From positions 1 through 37,205 of the forward strand of contig CAXUUL010000075.1 of NCBI GenBank assembly GCA_964255285.1: a stretch of DNA of 37,205 nt. The letters are read 5' to 3'. The position numbers were made by a program, and so were the translations under genes. The notes under the pieces were generated by a model that did no database searches, had not been told where the DNA came from, and worked only from the letters and a program-made list of their open reading frames with translations. Positions within the stretch are counted from its first letter, which is position 1. Every line of letters starts with the position of its first letter. Source of the stretch: Ionaspis alba. Its lineage: Eukaryota. This document shows, in pieces, positions 33,820 to 37,205 of this stretch.

Positions 33820-36800
33820 ATGACTTCGAACGCCGCAGATGCCGCGGCTTTGACCGCCGAAATTGCATCGTAAGTCCGCCAAATCCTTGGAGGAGCTTCT
33901 TCATCGTCTCGTTACGAAGATCATCATTCTGATCGATATCCTATAGTTCTTTGGCAATGGAGGAAGTTCCAATGAAGCTTCGCTGTTCATCATGTGGGTC
34001 TCTAGCCACAAATGCGACCAGGATGCCATGTTGTGATCAAAATCTCTGTGAGAACTGTAAGTCAACTCCGACAATTCGAATGAAGGCTTCCGAATTCTTA
34101 CACTTCACGAAGGTTTCGACCAAGCCTGCCGTGATGACGAATGTCGTGTCTGCCTCCACACCCCTGTGGCGCAAGACCTATGCAAACCGAACAAGACATT
34201 GCGAACCACCATCAAAGCCTTTTTGAAGAAGAAGGTTATGGAACGCGAGACTCAGCGGAAGAAGCAAGAGGCGGCGAAAGTATCTGCTACAGTTGCTACC
34301 ACAACAGTGGTTTCGAATCGTTCGAACGGCATATTTACTGGAGGAGATCACGATATTGAAAAGAATAAGACGATGACCGCGGTAATGATGAACAAGGGTC
34401 TGGATGATTTTCTACCTCCGACTTCGGCGGAAACACATCCTCAGACTACCCAAGAAACTGGGCAAGAAGAGTCAATTGAGGCTCAGATGGACGTTCCGAG
34501 ACCATCTATCGAGGTATGTCACTTGTAAGAAATGAACTTGTATGGTCTAACTGATGCTCCAGGAATCCAACCAGACTACTGAAGAAAAATCGCATCAAGG
34601 CTCGACTGGCATGGAAGAGCTGGGCAAGGTGAACGGCCGTCGGGACAGTGGACAGTCCACGCAGCAAGGAAATAGTGGAGAGTTGCAGGCTCAAAATAGT
34701 CCATGGCCGGCTAATCGTGCAAATGAGCAAATGATGAATGGCGGACATGAAGCGAACGCAATGAATGGATCATATCCTATGGATTATAGCCAGATGATGC
34801 AAATGATGCCAAATGGACTCTCAAACCCAATGTTAAGCTCGTTTCCAAACATGATGGGTACGTGGTTCGATTCTATCCGTTTTGGCGAGCCTGAGACTGA
34901 TTACCTCCTATCAGCTCTGCCAAATATGGGTATGGACCCTATGGCAATGTCTCAAGCCATGACACAATCAATGTATGAAGGATTCGGCGGACTTGGGATG
35001 GGTATGAACGGCATGAACATGGGGATGGGGTTCAATGCAGGGCAGGGTGCGTTTGGGGGATACAACGGTCAAGTCGATACTTGGACTTCAGGACAAGATA
35101 ATTATAATGCAAATGCATTTGGTGCCACTGGTATGGGTGGTAATTTTGGCGCACATGCTGGTCATGGTGGCCACGGTGGATATAATGTGTCCTCACATCA
35201 AGGAAACTACAACCAGATGAACCAACAGCATTACCCTAATAATGACTTCCAGAATGGATATAGCAACCATGGTTTCCAATACCGAGGTCGTGGACGTCGT
35301 GGTGGGTACTACAATGCTGGCCGTGGTCGCGACGTTTACAATCAGATGATGCATCATGGTAACCAGAACGGTAATGCTAACTATGAAGCTTTTCATCATC
35401 AAGTGCCGCTGCAGATTACCCAGCAAAATGCGTCTAGTGCATCCGCAGCTGAACAGCAACAGCCCATAAGTCCAGAGGTCGAAACCACTACAGAGGCAAC
35501 TGAGGATGTGGCTCCCGAAACAGCCGATAAACACACTTCGGATGAGCAGCAGCAGATGATGAGAGAGTTGAATCCTGGAGGTGATGATGACGATGAACCA
35601 AAAGCCAAGTCGACCCCTGTCCACATTGATGAGGCTGCTTCCATTAAAGGTCCAAACCTACCAAGTACATCCATTCAAGTGAATGAACCCTCAACAGCAA
35701 AGGAGAGCTTAGACACGGTCGAACAACCAGTGAAGGAGGACGAAGCACATGAAGAGGTCGAGAAATCCAAGCCGCTACCTATTCAAACCTTCATCTCCTC
35801 CGATGACTCTCGGGCGCGGATGCCCTACGTCAATGGAACCTCTCACTACCAAAGTAATCCCATGCCACCTCCAGGTGCCGCTGTTTCTATGGGCCCAACA
35901 TCTCAATCTCCGGATCAAGGTGGCTGGGGTCGAGGATTTGGGCGAGGTTTCCATAGAGGCATGAACGGCGTTCGTGGTGATTACCGTGGACGAGGAGCAG
36001 CATATCTATATGATGGCAATGGTGCTCATGCCATTCCTTCATCAACATTGCCCATTGCCAACACCCATGTTGCTAAGTCTGCAGAGCCAAAAGGTCTCGG
36101 GGTAGAAGGTGCGCCTACCGGTCCAAAGGCTTTGAGAGAAGGTCTTCCCAACACCAGCATCCGAGGAGGACGTGGTTTCTCAATTGTCGGAAGAGCTTCC
36201 ACTGCCACACAAGGGAGACCTAACGGACATAATAGGTCAAGAAGGTAAGTCAACGAATGAGACAGAGTAATCAATCTTCAGCTTACTAATTGCTGCAAAG
36301 TCCCTCCCAATCCAGACAACGCTCTAGAAGTCGGAGCCTGTCATCCTCCCGACACCGCTCTAGTCATCATCGTAGTCACCGTCATCGCTCGAGGAGCAAA
36401 TCAGACGAAGCAGAGCGGGAGAGCCAGAGAGAACGTCGTCATCGTCGGTCACGCAAATACGACGATGAAGAGGTCACGCTTCCGGACTCTCAAGAATCTC
36501 GCAAACGGGATACTTCGCTTAGTTCATCCGCCCGAAGATCATCCCACAGGAGCCATCGTCACCACGAGAAGGACTCTGGCTCGTCTACACATCGTCATCA
36601 TCGGGAACGTAGCCGCGACCGAGACAGGGATCGAGACCGAGATTATGAACGCGACCGCGACGACGACCGACGGCACCGCAGAAAGCGATCTCGCTCTCCA
36701 AGTTCCATAGCCCCGACCCCAACATCCGCCCACGCCGCCGACTTTCCTACCCTCGAGAAAGAGGACTCACGTAAACGCCGCGACAGAGACCGGGACGACT

Positions 36801-37205
36801 CAGACCGCCTCCCAGAGCGCAAACGATCACGACGTGACCACTCTCCATCAGCTGTTGATGACCACCACTCCTCTCGCCGCAGAAAAACCATGGACCATTC
36901 AGAACAAGAGCCACCAAACCCAACCTTAGACACGACACCACCTACAGGTACACGCCCGCCCACCGGTCCGCGCCGTGCCTCGTCTAGCACCGCTCCCTGC
37001 CCTGCTCCCGTGGCTAAAGCCATTCCTACTGGGCCGAAGGAGCCGGAAAAGGACCAGCATCAATTAGAGAGAGAAGCTAGGAATCGCGAGCGCTTGATGA
37101 AGGAGATGCAGCGGAGAGCAAAGACGGAAGGGGCGGCGCCCGGAAGGAGAGGAAGTAGAGGCGCGAGATGGAAATATGAGGATGAGGGGGACGAGAGGGT
37201 GGGGA
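33820..37205 (+). CDS. Uncharacterised protein with N-terminal RBBP6/Mpe1-like RING, M/G/N- and RGG-rich middle, and RS/RD-rich C-terminus (3' truncated); exons 33820-33869, 33947-34056, 34113-34513, 34563-34857, 34915-36244, 36301->37205
   Basis: Spliced RING reads LRCSSC..MPCCDQNLCENC..CRVC..KPNKTLRTTIKAF. Five introns with GT..AG ends. The last exon is open to the window end (RSRSRS, RDRDRD, LEREARNRERLMKE). Confidence 0.85.

Noticed and set aside
529..37205. The gene block as a functional cluster or novel system
   Set aside because: The genes cover unrelated housekeeping functions, with no shared pathway, cluster regulator or mobile-element boundaries visible.

Overview
Gene-dense eukaryotic DNA from a filamentous ascomycete (Pezizomycotina), judged from short 47-84 nt GT-AG introns with CTRAY-like branch points and fungal protein families. 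The window opens with ~445 bp of very AT-rich, probably RIP-mutated repeat DNA. A compact block of mostly housekeeping genes follows: a PRCC-like protein, a Pro/Gln-rich AT-hook orphan, midasin (MDN1/REA1, ~4.9k aa), a ZIP9/Atx2-type metal transporter, mitochondrial ribosomal protein bL12m, CTK3, pyrroline-5-carboxylate reductase, a CLC anion transporter, HAT1, PDA1, a GDXG alpha/beta hydrolase, and an RBBP6/Mpe1-like RING + RS-domain protein that runs off the right edge. I see no rRNA, tRNA, CRISPR array, intact transposon or biosynthetic cluster, and no convincing novel multi-gene system. The most notable signals are: a CpG-sparing mutation signature in the AT-rich flank; a CLC with Gln in place of the internal proton glutamate; frequent AAG 3' splice sites and several stop-free 3n introns; an 18-bp minisatellite; two orphan loci; and the uncharacterised RING/RS protein. 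All exon boundaries and counts were derived by hand.
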